Source: an uncultured Oscillospiraceae bacterium (GTDB lineage: Bacteria > Bacillota > Clostridia > UMGS1883). Taken from it: 64,000 nucleotides of DNA. The notes beneath the pieces were generated by a model, which worked only from the letters and a program-made list of their open reading frames with translations, did not search any database and was not told where the DNA came from. This document shows, in pieces, positions 28,065 through 37,767 of this stretch. Position numbers and translations under genes: made by a program. The stretch spans positions 8,203-72,202 of the forward strand of contig CAYLPQ010000003.1 in the NCBI GenBank assembly GCA_964385605.1, in the 5' to 3' direction. How positions within the stretch are numbered: the stretch's first letter is position 1; every line of letters starts with the position of its first letter.

Positions 28065-28763
28065 TTATCTTACATCTGACTTTCTGAGGGCGGCCTCTAT
28101 ACGGCCCATAATGAGAGTCAGAATCTTTATCAGTACAAAATAAATAATTGCCGTAGCTATAAGGGGCATAAATGCCTCAAAAGTCAGGCTCTTTATAAAG
28201 TCGCCTGCTTTCTGAATATCAACAAGACCAACATAGCCCACAATAGCTGTTTCCTTAATAAGCACAATAAATTCGTTGCACAGCGCAGGGAAAATATTTT
28301 TCACCGCCTGGGGAATAACGATGCTCATCATGGTCTGCGCACCGCTTAATCCAAGAGAACGACCAGCCTCCGTCTGACCTTTGTCAATGGACAGAATGCC
28401 GGCTCTTATAATTTCCGACACATATGCACCGGAATTGATACCAAACGCAATTGCCGCAATAACCCATTTTTCCCAGTTTACAGTTGCAAATACAACGAAA
28501 TAAATTATCATCAGCTGTGTTACTGACGGAGTTCCTCTGATAACGTCGGTATATATTTTACCAAAGAAATTAAGTCCCTTGTTCTTTGAAAGGTTGCAAA
28601 GGGCAATTACAAGACCGATAAGTATACCAATTATAACCGCAAGAATTGACACCTTTATAGTAACACCGATACCGTCAAGAAGAAGCTTATATCTGTCATC
28701 CTTTATAAAACAGGTGTGAAAAGTTTCCACAAGCTCTGTCTTCCACTGTACAAATCCGCTCAT
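28065..28763 (-). CDS. amino-acid ABC transporter permease (His/Glu/Gln/Arg family)
   Basis: EAA-type loop IDKGQTEAGRSLGLSGAQTMMSIVIPQA. Confidence 0.92.
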   Translation of the reverse strand: MSGFVQWKTELVETFHTCFIKDDRYKLLLDGIGVTIKVSILAVIIGILIGLVIALCNLSKNKGLNFFGKIYTDVIRGTPSVTQLMIIYFVVFATVNWEKWVIAAIAFGINSGAYVSEIIRAGILSIDKGQTEAGRSLGLSGAQTMMSIVIPQAVKNIFPALCNEFIVLIKETAIVGYVGLVDIQKAGDFIKSLTFEAFMPLIATAIIYFVLIKILTLIMGRIEAALRKSDVR

Positions 28764-28842
28764 TCCATATCTCCTTTATGTAAAAAATTACAAATAAGTA
28801 AGGTTATATTACCATACTTTCCTTCATAATGCAAGTTTTTTA

Positions 28843-30012
28843 TCAGTAACAGCTGTCGAAAATCTCCTTAACCTTTGCATAATCAAGGCTCATATATGTA
28901 GATATGCTCCTCTGCTTGCCGAAAGTACAAAGGTCTGCAAGTTTGTCCGTACAATCTCTGTCTAACCCAAATTCACGGAGGGTAAGGGGCATTTCTATAA
29001 ATTTAAAGAATTTTTCCATTTCTTCTATTCCCATAAGTGCGGCTTTTTCGTCGTCTGCCTCCGTTACATCCCACACGCGCCTTGCTACTTGGGCAAAACG
29101 GGGAATTGCTTCCTTATACACGTATCTCGCCCAGGCAGGGAACAGCACCGCAAGTCCTGCCCCGTGGGCAATAAAGGCAAATTCACCGCTTAATGCGTGC
29201 TCAAGCTGATGGACGGGAAGTGCGTTTTCGCGTCCGCATCCTGTAAGGTCATTGTGGGAAAGGCTTGATGCCCACATCATATTGGCACGTGCCTCATAAT
29301 CTTCGGGGTTTTTTATCAGGGATTTTCCTGCGGCTATCACTGACTTCAACACACTTTCCGCGATGCGGTCGGTAAGGTCGGTGGACGGTACAGGAATAAA
29401 ATATCTTTCCATAGTATGCGCCATAATATCCACTACTCCGCAGGCTGTCTGATACTTGCTTACAGTATATGTAAGGCAGGGGTTACATATAGCAAATTTC
29501 GGACGGTTAAACTCGCTGTTATAGTCGCGCTTCATATTAAGCTCCGTATTGGAAATAACGGCGGATGAGCTCATTTCACTGCCTGCTGCGGAAATTGTCA
29601 GCACACACCCTACGGGAAGCCCAGCCCGGGGAGCAGCTTTTCTTGTGGGGAAATCCCACACATCGCCGTCGTACATTGCGCCGGTGGCAGTATATTTTGA
29701 GGAATCAATGGCACTGCCTCCACCAACAGCGAGAATCATCTCCACCTGTTCCTTTTTTGCAATTTCAATAGCTTCTCTCACAAAGGAAAGCTTGGGATTA
29801 GGCTCTACTCCACCCATTTCAACAACTTCTATTCCTGCAGAATTAAGGGATGCCATTATTTCGTCATATAATCCGCTTTTTCTGATGCTTCCCTGACCGT
29901 ACTGCATCATAATTTTTTTATAACCGTAGGATTTTATAACCTCACCCACCTGTTTGTGGGTATCTTTTCCGAAAATCACTTTTGTCGGTGCGTAATATGT
30001 GAAATTTTGCAT
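28843..30012 (-). CDS. iron-containing (group III) alcohol dehydrogenase, butanol-dehydrogenase-like
   Basis: GGGSAIDS motif and a conserved His cluster (HNDLTGCG..HQLEHALSG..AHGAGLA). Confidence 0.9.
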   Translation of the reverse strand: MQNFTYYAPTKVIFGKDTHKQVGEVIKSYGYKKIMMQYGQGSIRKSGLYDEIMASLNSAGIEVVEMGGVEPNPKLSFVREAIEIAKKEQVEMILAVGGGSAIDSSKYTATGAMYDGDVWDFPTRKAAPRAGLPVGCVLTISAAGSEMSSSAVISNTELNMKRDYNSEFNRPKFAICNPCLTYTVSKYQTACGVVDIMAHTMERYFIPVPSTDLTDRIAESVLKSVIAAGKSLIKNPEDYEARANMMWASSLSHNDLTGCGRENALPVHQLEHALSGEFAFIAHGAGLAVLFPAWARYVYKEAIPRFAQVARRVWDVTEADDEKAALMGIEEMEKFFKFIEMPLTLREFGLDRDCTDKLADLCTFGKQRSISTYMSLDYAKVKEIFDSCY

Positions 30013-30041
30013 AATGATTCTCCTTTTTGAAGTATGTTTTA

Positions 30042-30070
30042 ATTATATACTCCGCCCATAAATATGTCAA
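30042..30070 (-). promoter_or_regulatory. sigmaA-type promoter of the alcohol dehydrogenase gene
   Basis: Minus strand: TTGACA (30065-30070), 17 nt, TATAAT (30042-30047). Confidence 0.7.
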
Positions 30071-30178
30071 GAAAACAAAATTGAAGCATGCCGCTTCAGC
30101 CACGTCGCGTTCCAATTAAATTTAAAACCAACAAATTGTTGCTCGCAATGAAAGTATACGATTTTCTATACAAACAAA

Positions 30179-30217
30179 ATTCCCCAATTTGGGGACAGTC
30201 CCCAAATTGAGGAATTT
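30179..30217. repeat. 19-bp-stem hairpin of the TTTGGGGACAGTCCCCAAA family
   Basis: aattccccaatttggggac a gtccccaaattgaggaatt. Its 17-nt core is identical to the one at 541-557. Confidence 0.8.
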
Positions 30218-30230
30218 TCATTTTGTATTC

Positions 30231-30250
30231 AGGAGCTTTTTAACATTTCC
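30231..30250 (-). repeat. stop-adjacent conserved box, copy E
   Basis: Minus-strand reading is TAG-GGAAATGTTAAAAAGCTCCTGA, directly after the ypeB stop. Confidence 0.7.
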
Positions 30251-31576
30251 CTACACTGCAAGTGTTCCGTTTTCCGACTCAAGCAGTATCTGCACATCCT
30301 CGGTATATCCCGTCTGGGTGTTCACATACATAAGGAAATGCTTTCCTGAAACGGTTCCTTTTATCTGATAGCAACAGGCTTCACTTCCGTTTTCAAGGGG
30401 GATTATCGCCATAGACACCCCATTTATTTCAAGGTTGCCGTTGATATTTCGGAGCGCCTGCTCTTTTGAGATTTTCGGCTGGGGAATAGTGCGGTAGGTG
30501 TGATTCATTACATATCCACGGCTTTCAAAGCCTATCACTTCGCCGTTATCAAGAGCTATTTTTATTTTTACAAGGTCCGGGTAAACAATGTAGCCATCCT
30601 GACTGTAGGCATAATTTATAACAATGCTTCCCTCCCGCTTTTCAAAATAGCTTTCCTGCATATTTCTGTAGCCGTTGTCACGCAGAAATAACTCCGCTTT
30701 CTGCCTAACCTCTTTTTCGGAAAGTTTTTCTTCTCCAATGTGTTTGTCCCGTAAAAGCATCAGCAGAAAACCGCCGTTTTTCGTAAATTCCGCCGTTGTG
30801 TTGTTTCCGTTTATTATATAGGATGGAAGTTTTCCGTCTATTTTTGTGACAGTCACGTCCTTGTCACCTGTAAATTTAACGGCACGGTCTTTTGCCTGTT
30901 TTTCGGTTATTTCGGACTGTTCCTTTAAAAGAGGGGATTCTTTAAGTTCAAGATGCTGTGAAAACGGTCCGTCATAAATCAGCGACGGATAGTTGTGAAA
31001 TTCCTCCTCCAGCAGGGCAAGACGGCTTGACATAGCGGTTTTTCCGCTTCCGTCAAAGGAGGGAAAGCCGGATTTATTTCCGTCGTAGTTTATTTTGCCT
31101 TCGTTGACGTCAACGAGCATTTTATCAAGCCCTGTCCGCAGTTTCCCTGCATATCCACCAAGGTCCTGCATAGTCTGTATTTCCTCTGCAGAAAGCGCCT
31201 CGCCCCGCAGCATTTTGTCAGACAGACAGATTGCATATTCTCCCACCTGGGACAGAAATTCCGAGGTTTTTTCAAGCTGTTTCCCCTCCAGCGGAAGAAG
31301 TGTAAGATTTGCCTTGGCGGCACTTGCCTGACCGTACAAATCAGAGCTGAGCCTCACCATCTGGTCGGGAGTTGACACGATCTGCCCCTTTAACAAAGTA
31401 ATTTCCATGTCGTCTACATACTGTGTAAGTTCAGAAAAAATTCTGTTGTATTCGTTCACGCGGATATATTCAAGGGATCGTGCCCTGGTATACTGCGAAA
31501 ACCCAAACATTACAAGCAAAAGTATAACCGTTGCCAGTAAAATGCCTTTTTTATGTTTTTTGAGAGCTTCTAGCAT
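30251..31576 (-). CDS. ypeB: germination protein YpeB (PepSY domains)
   Basis: N-terminal membrane anchor. Length (441 aa) and C-terminal PepSY repeats are typical of YpeB. Confidence 0.85.
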   Translation of the reverse strand: MLEALKKHKKGILLATVILLLVMFGFSQYTRARSLEYIRVNEYNRIFSELTQYVDDMEITLLKGQIVSTPDQMVRLSSDLYGQASAAKANLTLLPLEGKQLEKTSEFLSQVGEYAICLSDKMLRGEALSAEEIQTMQDLGGYAGKLRTGLDKMLVDVNEGKINYDGNKSGFPSFDGSGKTAMSSRLALLEEEFHNYPSLIYDGPFSQHLELKESPLLKEQSEITEKQAKDRAVKFTGDKDVTVTKIDGKLPSYIINGNNTTAEFTKNGGFLLMLLRDKHIGEEKLSEKEVRQKAELFLRDNGYRNMQESYFEKREGSIVINYAYSQDGYIVYPDLVKIKIALDNGEVIGFESRGYVMNHTYRTIPQPKISKEQALRNINGNLEINGVSMAIIPLENGSEACCYQIKGTVSGKHFLMYVNTQTGYTEDVQILLESENGTLAV

Positions 31577-31643
31577 CTTTTTACCACCTCGCTTATTAAT
31601 GTCCGCATTTTGCTAAAAATTATTCATTTTTTTACCTTGTGTC

Positions 31644-31672
31644 TTGAAAAACCTCATATTAATTGTTATAAT
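31644..31672 (+). promoter_or_regulatory. sigmaA-type promoter of the phosphoglycerate mutase gene
   Basis: TTGAAA (31644-31649), 17 nt, TATAAT (31667-31672). Confidence 0.65.
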
Positions 31673-31702
31673 GAAATCAAATTTTTGAAAGGTCCTGATT
31701 TT

Positions 31703-32905
31703 ATGAAACACGTTATAATACTTACAGACGGTTGTGCGGACCTTCCGGTAGCACAGCTTGACAATATGACACCTCTTGAAAAGAGCAACACTCCCAATAT
31801 GGATTATTTTGCGTCAAACGGTTCTCTTTACCTTGTGAAAACCGTTCCCGATTCTCTTAAGCCGGGCAGTGATGTGGCAAATCTTTCCGTAATGGGTTAC
31901 AATCCCCTTGACTGCTACACAGGCCGTTCTCCTCTTGAGGCGGCATCTATCGGGGTAAAGCTTGAGGATAATCAGACGGCATTCCGCGCAAACCTGGTTA
32001 CACTGTCAGATGAAGAAAACTATGCCGATAAAACTATGCTTGACTACTCCTCCGGAGAAATAACAACTGAAGAGAGCACTGCTCTTATGCTGGAAATTGA
32101 AAAGCAGCTTGGTGGCGGAGATATTCATTTTTATCCCGGTGTAAGCTATCGCCATCTTTTCGTATGGACAGATGCTCCAAAGGAATTTACTCTTACACCA
32201 CCCCACGATATTTCCGACCGTAAGATAGCAGATTATCTTCCCTCCGATGATAGAATTCTTGATTTAATGAAAAAGAGTGAGGAAATACTTAAAAATCATC
32301 CCGTAAACAAAAAGCGCATTGCAGATGGAAAAAATCCTGCAACCTCTATGTGGATTTGGGGTGAGGGGACGCGTCCGTCACTTGAAGCATTTGCTTCTCT
32401 TTATAATAAAAAGGGCGCTGTTGTAAGTGCGGTTGACCTGATAAAGGGAATTGCAATCCTTGCGGGGATGAACAGCATTGATGTTGACGGAGTTACAGGA
32501 AATATTCACACAAACTTTGAAGGCAAGGCAAAGGCGGCGGCAGATGCACTGCTTAAAGACGGCGCAGATCTTGTGTATGTTCACCTTGAAGCACCCGACG
32601 AATGCGGTCATCAGGGAGATGCCGTGGGTAAGACACGCAGTCTTGAAATTATTGATGAAAAGGTTATCGGCTACATAAAAGACCATCTTGACGAGGCGGG
32701 TGAGGATTATGCGTTCCTCGTAATGCCTGACCACCCCACTCCCATTGCCACAAAAACTCACAGCCGCGAAAGAGTTCCCTGTGTTATCTACAAAAAGGGA
32801 GATAACAACAACACCGGACACCGCTTCACCGAGGAGGATGCCGTTAAATATGGCGAAAAAATAGAGGTCGGCTACACTGTTATGAAAAAATTCCTTGAGT
32901 ATTAA
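31703..32905 (+). CDS. apgM: cofactor-independent phosphoglycerate mutase, ApgM-type metalloenzyme
   Basis: MKHVIILTDGCAD N-terminus and EAPDECGHQGD metal-site motif. Start taken at ATG 31703; the track ORF starts at 31610. Confidence 0.88.
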   Translation: MKHVIILTDGCADLPVAQLDNMTPLEKSNTPNMDYFASNGSLYLVKTVPDSLKPGSDVANLSVMGYNPLDCYTGRSPLEAASIGVKLEDNQTAFRANLVTLSDEENYADKTMLDYSSGEITTEESTALMLEIEKQLGGGDIHFYPGVSYRHLFVWTDAPKEFTLTPPHDISDRKIADYLPSDDRILDLMKKSEEILKNHPVNKKRIADGKNPATSMWIWGEGTRPSLEAFASLYNKKGAVVSAVDLIKGIAILAGMNSIDVDGVTGNIHTNFEGKAKAAADALLKDGADLVYVHLEAPDECGHQGDAVGKTRSLEIIDEKVIGYIKDHLDEAGEDYAFLVMPDHPTPIATKTHSRERVPCVIYKKGDNNNTGHRFTEEDAVKYGEKIEVGYTVMKKFLEY

Positions 32906-33016
32906 GTTTAAAAAAATATATTTGTGAATAAAATAGCAAGAGAGGTTTCTCTTGCTATTTTTTTGTGTCTGAAGTTTATGTTTGTACCGTGTATATCTAC
33001 CAAACAGGGGGTTTTT

Positions 33017-34066
33017 ATGAAATTAATTTCATTCCGTACATTACGTTCTATGTGTCTTGACCTGATAATTTTTCTTATACCGCTGTCGCTGATTATTATT
33101 TCTTTTCCGTACGTGTTACGGCTGTTGGCGCCGTTTATTGCAGGTCTGTTTCTATATTTTGCGGCAAATCCCCTGAACAGAATTCTGAAAACCCGCGAAA
33201 TTCCCCGTTCTTTTTGCGCGCTGATTTCGCTTTTTACAATAACTCTTATCGTGCTTGTAATTCTTCGTTTTGTGGGGGAAAAAATATTTATTGAGCTTTA
33301 TTCATTGACGGAAAATCCTCCGAAATTCTACACCTCCGCCATAGACGGTGTCGTCCGCGGAATAAAGACCGTTGCACATAAGTTCAACATAAAGGATGTG
33401 TCCGCTTTTGAATCATTTCTTCCAGGATTTTACTCGGCACTTCAGGAGCAGATTGGCGGAATAGTATCGGGAATCAGTCAGTTTCTCATAAACTTTGCAA
33501 AAGGAATCCCATCCCTTTTTATAGCATCCTTTGCCGCTGTTTTTACAGCATTTTTCCTGCTTCGCGATAACGATAAAATCGTGGATTTTTCCTGCAGATT
33601 TTTCGGAGAAAAATTCTGTAAAGGCTGCTTCCGACTGAAAGACACATTTTTTTCCGTAGCCGCTTCCTACCTTAAAGCACAGCTCATACTTGTGGGAATT
33701 GTTTTTGTTGTCCTGCTTTCGGGATTTTTGTTACTGAAAGTGAAATATGCATTTCTCCTTGCTATTCTTACTGCCTTGGTGGATGCCGTTCCTGTCTTCG
33801 GCACGGGGACAGTGCTTTTGCCGATGGCGCTGTTCAATTTTTTGTCGGGGAACAGCTCTCTCGGATGGGGAATCCTTGTTCTCTACGGAGTCACACTTAT
33901 TGTAAGACAATTCTGTGAACCGAAAATTCTTGGGAAATCTCTGGGAATCCATCCCCTTCTCACGGTGTTTTCTCTGTACGTGGGAATGAAGCTTTTTGGC
34001 ATTCCCGGACTCATTTTAGGACCGTTTTTTGCGATTTTTGCAAAAATCCTTATATTTCCTCAATAA
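33017..34066 (+). CDS. ytvI: sporulation integral membrane protein YtvI (AI-2E/PerM family)
   Basis: 8-TM AI-2E family pattern. The ATG at 33017 is preceded by AGGGGG; the track ORF starts at 32924. Confidence 0.8.
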   Translation: MKLISFRTLRSMCLDLIIFLIPLSLIIISFPYVLRLLAPFIAGLFLYFAANPLNRILKTREIPRSFCALISLFTITLIVLVILRFVGEKIFIELYSLTENPPKFYTSAIDGVVRGIKTVAHKFNIKDVSAFESFLPGFYSALQEQIGGIVSGISQFLINFAKGIPSLFIASFAAVFTAFFLLRDNDKIVDFSCRFFGEKFCKGCFRLKDTFFSVAASYLKAQLILVGIVFVVLLSGFLLLKVKYAFLLAILTALVDAVPVFGTGTVLLPMALFNFLSGNSSLGWGILVLYGVTLIVRQFCEPKILGKSLGIHPLLTVFSLYVGMKLFGIPGLILGPFFAIFAKILIFPQ

Positions 34067-34143
34067 AAATACGAACAAATGTTTGCATTTTTGAAAATAG
34101 TATGTTATAATAGCTTCACAAAGATACTTGGGGGTGTGATTTT

Positions 34144-35454
34144 GTGGAGTTATTAAAAAAGCTGGAAATACTTGCAGACAGCGCAAAATATGATGCATCC
34201 TGCTCTTCAAGCGGCAGCGAGAGAAGCTTCCACTACGGCGGAATAGGTGCACCCACTGCCGCAGGTTGCTGTCATGCTTTCAGCGCAGACGGCAGATGTA
34301 TTTCTCTTCTGAAAGTGCTTTTTACAAACTATTGTATAAATGACTGCAAGTACTGTCACAACCGTATTTCAAATGATATTCCACGTGCCACCTTCACTCC
34401 GGAGGAGCTTGCACAGCTGTGTATTGACTTTTACCGCAGAAACTATATCGAGGGACTTTTCCTCAGTAGCGGAATAATAAAAAGCCCCGACTATACGGCG
34501 GAGCTTATTCTTGAATGCCTTAAAATTTTGAGATACCGCTACAAATTCAACGGTTACATCCACGTCAAGGGAATTCCAGGCGCATCAGAGCTTCTTATCA
34601 GAGAAATCGGTTTTCTTGCCGACAGAATGAGTGTTAATATTGAACTTCCGTCAGAGTCGGGACTTAAGCTTCTTGCACCCCAGAAAACCAAGGAATCCCT
34701 CGTTAAACCAATGGAATTTATAAAAAACACCATTACGGAAGTAAAAGATGCGTCGCTTACAACGAAAAACAAACTGCACTTTGTTCCCGGCGGACAAAGC
34801 ACCCAGATGATAATCGGTGCTACCGGCGACAGCGATTATCAGATACTTAACCTTACACAGGCTCTTTACAAAAAATTTTCCCTGAAAAGGGTTTATTTTT
34901 CCGCATATATACCCGTCGGAAATCACCCTGTTCTTCCCAAGGACGTACCACCGCCTCTGCTCCGTGAGCATCGGCTCTATCAGGCTGACTGGCTTTTACG
35001 TTTTTACGGATTTCAGGCAAGCGAAATTCTTGAAAAGGGGGAGTCTCTTGACCCGCTTTTAGACCCCAAAAGTAACTGGGCAATGAAAAATCTGCATCAT
35101 TTCCCTGTGGAAATAAACACTGCACCTTACGAAATGCTTCTTCGGGTCCCGGGAATAGGTGTCACCTGCGCGAGACGCATTGTAGTGGCACGGCGCATTA
35201 CCCGTCTGTCCTTTGACGATTTAAAAAAGCTTCGGGTGGTGCTGAAAAGAGCGGCATACTTTATTACCTGCGACGGAAAGTATATGTACTCTGCTTTTAA
35301 AATGGATTACGGCTTTATTTATGAGGCACTTACCCATCAGAGTGCTATGCTTCCCGCTATACGGCAGGCACAGCAGTTATCATTTTTCAGCGGATATGAT
35401 GCGCTTCTGCCACCCGCCGAAGAAAAAATCATGGCAGTAAGCGGACAGTTTTAA
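34144..35454 (+). CDS. putative DNA modification/repair radical SAM protein (TIGR03916-like)
   Basis: CxxxCxxC cluster (CINDCKYC) and a C-terminal helix-hairpin-helix-like segment (LLRVPGIGVTCARRIV). GTG start after GGGGGTG. Confidence 0.8.
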   Translation: MELLKKLEILADSAKYDASCSSSGSERSFHYGGIGAPTAAGCCHAFSADGRCISLLKVLFTNYCINDCKYCHNRISNDIPRATFTPEELAQLCIDFYRRNYIEGLFLSSGIIKSPDYTAELILECLKILRYRYKFNGYIHVKGIPGASELLIREIGFLADRMSVNIELPSESGLKLLAPQKTKESLVKPMEFIKNTITEVKDASLTTKNKLHFVPGGQSTQMIIGATGDSDYQILNLTQALYKKFSLKRVYFSAYIPVGNHPVLPKDVPPPLLREHRLYQADWLLRFYGFQASEILEKGESLDPLLDPKSNWAMKNLHHFPVEINTAPYEMLLRVPGIGVTCARRIVVARRITRLSFDDLKKLRVVLKRAAYFITCDGKYMYSAFKMDYGFIYEALTHQSAMLPAIRQAQQLSFFSGYDALLPPAEEKIMAVSGQF

Positions 35455-35480
35455 ACTTTTTCACAGAAAGGGGAAAAACC

Positions 35481-36248
35481 ATGTCACATAACAGTTATGT
35501 AGACTCTTCGGAAATTTTTTATATATATGACGGCAGTTTTGAGGGGCTTCTCTCTGTTATTTTCACTGCTGTTTATTCACGGGTGCGCCCTTGCGGCATT
35601 TCTACCGACAGGACTCTGCAGTTTGCTTTTGCCACACGTTATGTGGAGGTAGAAACCAACCGCAACCATGCCCGCCGTGTTCACGATGCGATCTATAAGA
35701 AAATCGGAACTTTCGGTCTTAAACGGCTTTACTATGTTTTTCTCAGTGACCATCCCACCAAAGACCTTATTATATATAATTATATGATGTTAGGGTTTAA
35801 AAACGGACAGCTCACTAATTCTGCACTGTCAGACAATACCGTTTCCGCCGCATTTAAAATTGCAGAAAGTGTTTCACGTGAAACAGAGAAATTTCGTCAG
35901 TTTACAAGGTTCAACGTAATGCAATGGGGTGTTCAATACGCAAAAATTGCACCAATCAATAATATTCTGCCTATTCTCACCCCGTTTTTTGTGAACAGGC
36001 TCAAAATAATTCCTTTTGTTATACACGATGTAACTCACGATGTCTGCGCTATATATGATACAAAGGAATGGCGGATAGTATCATCTGACGGTTTAACTGC
36101 GCCGGAGCTTTCCGAGGACGAGGCAAAAGTCAAAACATTATGGGAAACTTTTTTCAATGCAATTACCATTGAACCCAGAAAAAACACCAAGCTTCAGAAG
36201 CAGAATATGCCGGCGAGGTACTTTAGAAATGTCTGGAGCATTAAATAA
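35481..36248 (+). CDS. TIGR03915-like 'probable DNA metabolism protein', partner of the radical SAM protein
   Basis: 255 aa. Family-typical N-terminus YIYDGSFEGLLSVIFTA and C-terminal NMPARYFRN. No fused uracil-DNA-glycosylase domain. Confidence 0.75.
   Translation: MSHNSYVDSSEIFYIYDGSFEGLLSVIFTAVYSRVRPCGISTDRTLQFAFATRYVEVETNRNHARRVHDAIYKKIGTFGLKRLYYVFLSDHPTKDLIIYNYMMLGFKNGQLTNSALSDNTVSAAFKIAESVSRETEKFRQFTRFNVMQWGVQYAKIAPINNILPILTPFFVNRLKIIPFVIHDVTHDVCAIYDTKEWRIVSSDGLTAPELSEDEAKVKTLWETFFNAITIEPRKNTKLQKQNMPARYFRNVWSIK
35870..35885. promoter_or_regulatory. parS site (inside a coding region)
   Basis: TGTTTCACGTGAAACA, a perfect match to the consensus TGTTNCACGTGAAACA. Confidence 0.85.
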
Positions 36249-36249
36249 T

Positions 36250-36270
36250 GGGTTGTTAAAATCGCCCAGA
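36250..36270 (+). repeat. stop-adjacent conserved box, copy F
   Basis: TAA-T-GGGTTGTTAAAATCGCCCAGA, directly after the stop at 36246-36248. Confidence 0.6.
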
Positions 36271-36337
36271 CCGTAAAGAGCTTATAGGATTAAATTTTCA
36301 AATCAATAAACCATACCGAAAAGAAATAAATTAAAAA

Positions 36338-36362
36338 GGGATTCATCTCCACAATGAACCCC
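36338..36362 (-). terminator. rho-independent terminator of serS
   Basis: Minus strand: GGGGTTCAT TGTGGAG ATGAATCCC TTTTT. Preceded by the heptamer-like block GAAATTCGAAATGAAGG. Confidence 0.8.
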
Positions 36363-36438
36363 TTCCTTCATTTCGAATTTCTAATTTAATTTTTCATTAT
36401 ACATTCAGAACTTTTATTACAATAATCAAACAAACCGC

Positions 36439-37710
36439 TTATTTAATAACAGTCTTTCCGCCCATATAAGGAACGAGTGCTTCGGGAATTGTTACACTGC
36501 CATCCTCATTCTGATAGTTTTCAAGGATTGCCGCAACAGTTCTGCCTACTGCAACACCACTACCGTTAAGAGTATGAACGAACTGTGCCTTGCTGCCCTG
36601 TCCGTCCTTATATTTTATATTAGCTCTTCTTGCCTGAAAATCCTCGAAGTTACTGCAGGATGAAATTTCAACATATCTGCCGTAAGAGGGCATCCAAACC
36701 TCTATATCGTACTTCTTTGCAGCTGTAAAGCCAAGGTCTCCGATGCAAATCTGAACAACTCTGTAAGGAAGACCAAGACCCTGAAGCACCTTTTCTGCAT
36801 CGTTTGTAAGCTTTTCAAGCTCTTCATAAGACTCTTCAGGCTTTGCAAATTTAACAAGCTCAACCTTGTTGAACTGATGCTGACGGATAAGACCTCTCGT
36901 ATCACGTCCTGCGCTGCCTGCTTCCGCACGGAAACAAGCTGTATAAGCAACGTGCTTAATGGGAAGTTCACTTCCGTCAAGAATCTCAGACCGGTACATA
37001 TTTGTGACAGGAACTTCTGCCGTGGGAACAAGGAAATATTCGGTGTTTGCAACCTTAAACGCATCCTCCTCAAACTTGGGAAGCTGACCTGTGCCAACCA
37101 TTGAATTTCTGTGCACCATAAAGGGAGGGAATACTTCTGTATAACCGTGCTTTTCTGTGTGCATATCAAGGAAATAGTTGATAACGGCTCTTTCAAGCCT
37201 TGCACCGATGTCCTTATAAACAGTAAATCTTGTACCTGTAATTTTTGCGGCTGTGTCAGGATCAAGAATTCCAAGGTCCTTACCTATGTCCCAGTGAGCC
37301 TTGGGTTCAAAGCCGAACTGCTTGGGCTCGGAGAACTTTCTGATTTCGATATTATCCTCATCTGTGTCGCCGTCGGGCACATCGTCACAAGGAATATTGG
37401 GGATTGTGAGCATCATGGTGTTAAGCTCTGCCTCAACCTCACGGGTCTGTGCATCAAGCTCCTTGATTTTCTCGGAAATTTCTTTCATTTCCGCAAATAC
37501 AGCAGTTGTATCCTTGCCTTCCTTTTTCATGGCAGGAATCTGCTTTGTAACCTCATTCTGTTTTGCTTTGAGAGCCTCAACCTCTACAAGAAGAGCACGT
37601 CTTTTGTCATCAATGGCAAGAACTGCGTCAACGTCAACGTTTTCCTTTCTTCTTCCGAGAGCTTTTTTAACTCTGTCGGTCTCGCTTCTTAAAAGCTTCA
37701 TATCCAGCAT
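36439..37710 (-). CDS. serS: serine--tRNA ligase
   Basis: N-terminal coiled-coil arm and class II motifs ([30 protein letters not shown]). Confidence 0.97.
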   Translation of the reverse strand: MLDMKLLRSETDRVKKALGRRKENVDVDAVLAIDDKRRALLVEVEALKAKQNEVTKQIPAMKKEGKDTTAVFAEMKEISEKIKELDAQTREVEAELNTMMLTIPNIPCDDVPDGDTDEDNIEIRKFSEPKQFGFEPKAHWDIGKDLGILDPDTAAKITGTRFTVYKDIGARLERAVINYFLDMHTEKHGYTEVFPPFMVHRNSMVGTGQLPKFEEDAFKVANTEYFLVPTAEVPVTNMYRSEILDGSELPIKHVAYTACFRAEAGSAGRDTRGLIRQHQFNKVELVKFAKPEESYEELEKLTNDAEKVLQGLGLPYRVVQICIGDLGFTAAKKYDIEVWMPSYGRYVEISSCSNFEDFQARRANIKYKDGQGSKAQFVHTLNGSGVAVGRTVAAILENYQNEDGSVTIPEALVPYMGGKTVIK

Positions 37711-37767
37711 TCTAAAAACTTCCTTTCGCTTGTTTAATATGTATTATTTAAGCCTTTTGCGGCAATT

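Noticed and set aside
37711-37767. T-box leader upstream of serS, and similarly an L-box upstream of lysC or a T-box upstream of proB.
   Set aside because: The spacers are only 57, 15 and 93 nt. This is too short, and there is no specifier or T-box sequence. lysC is simply co-transcribed with hom.
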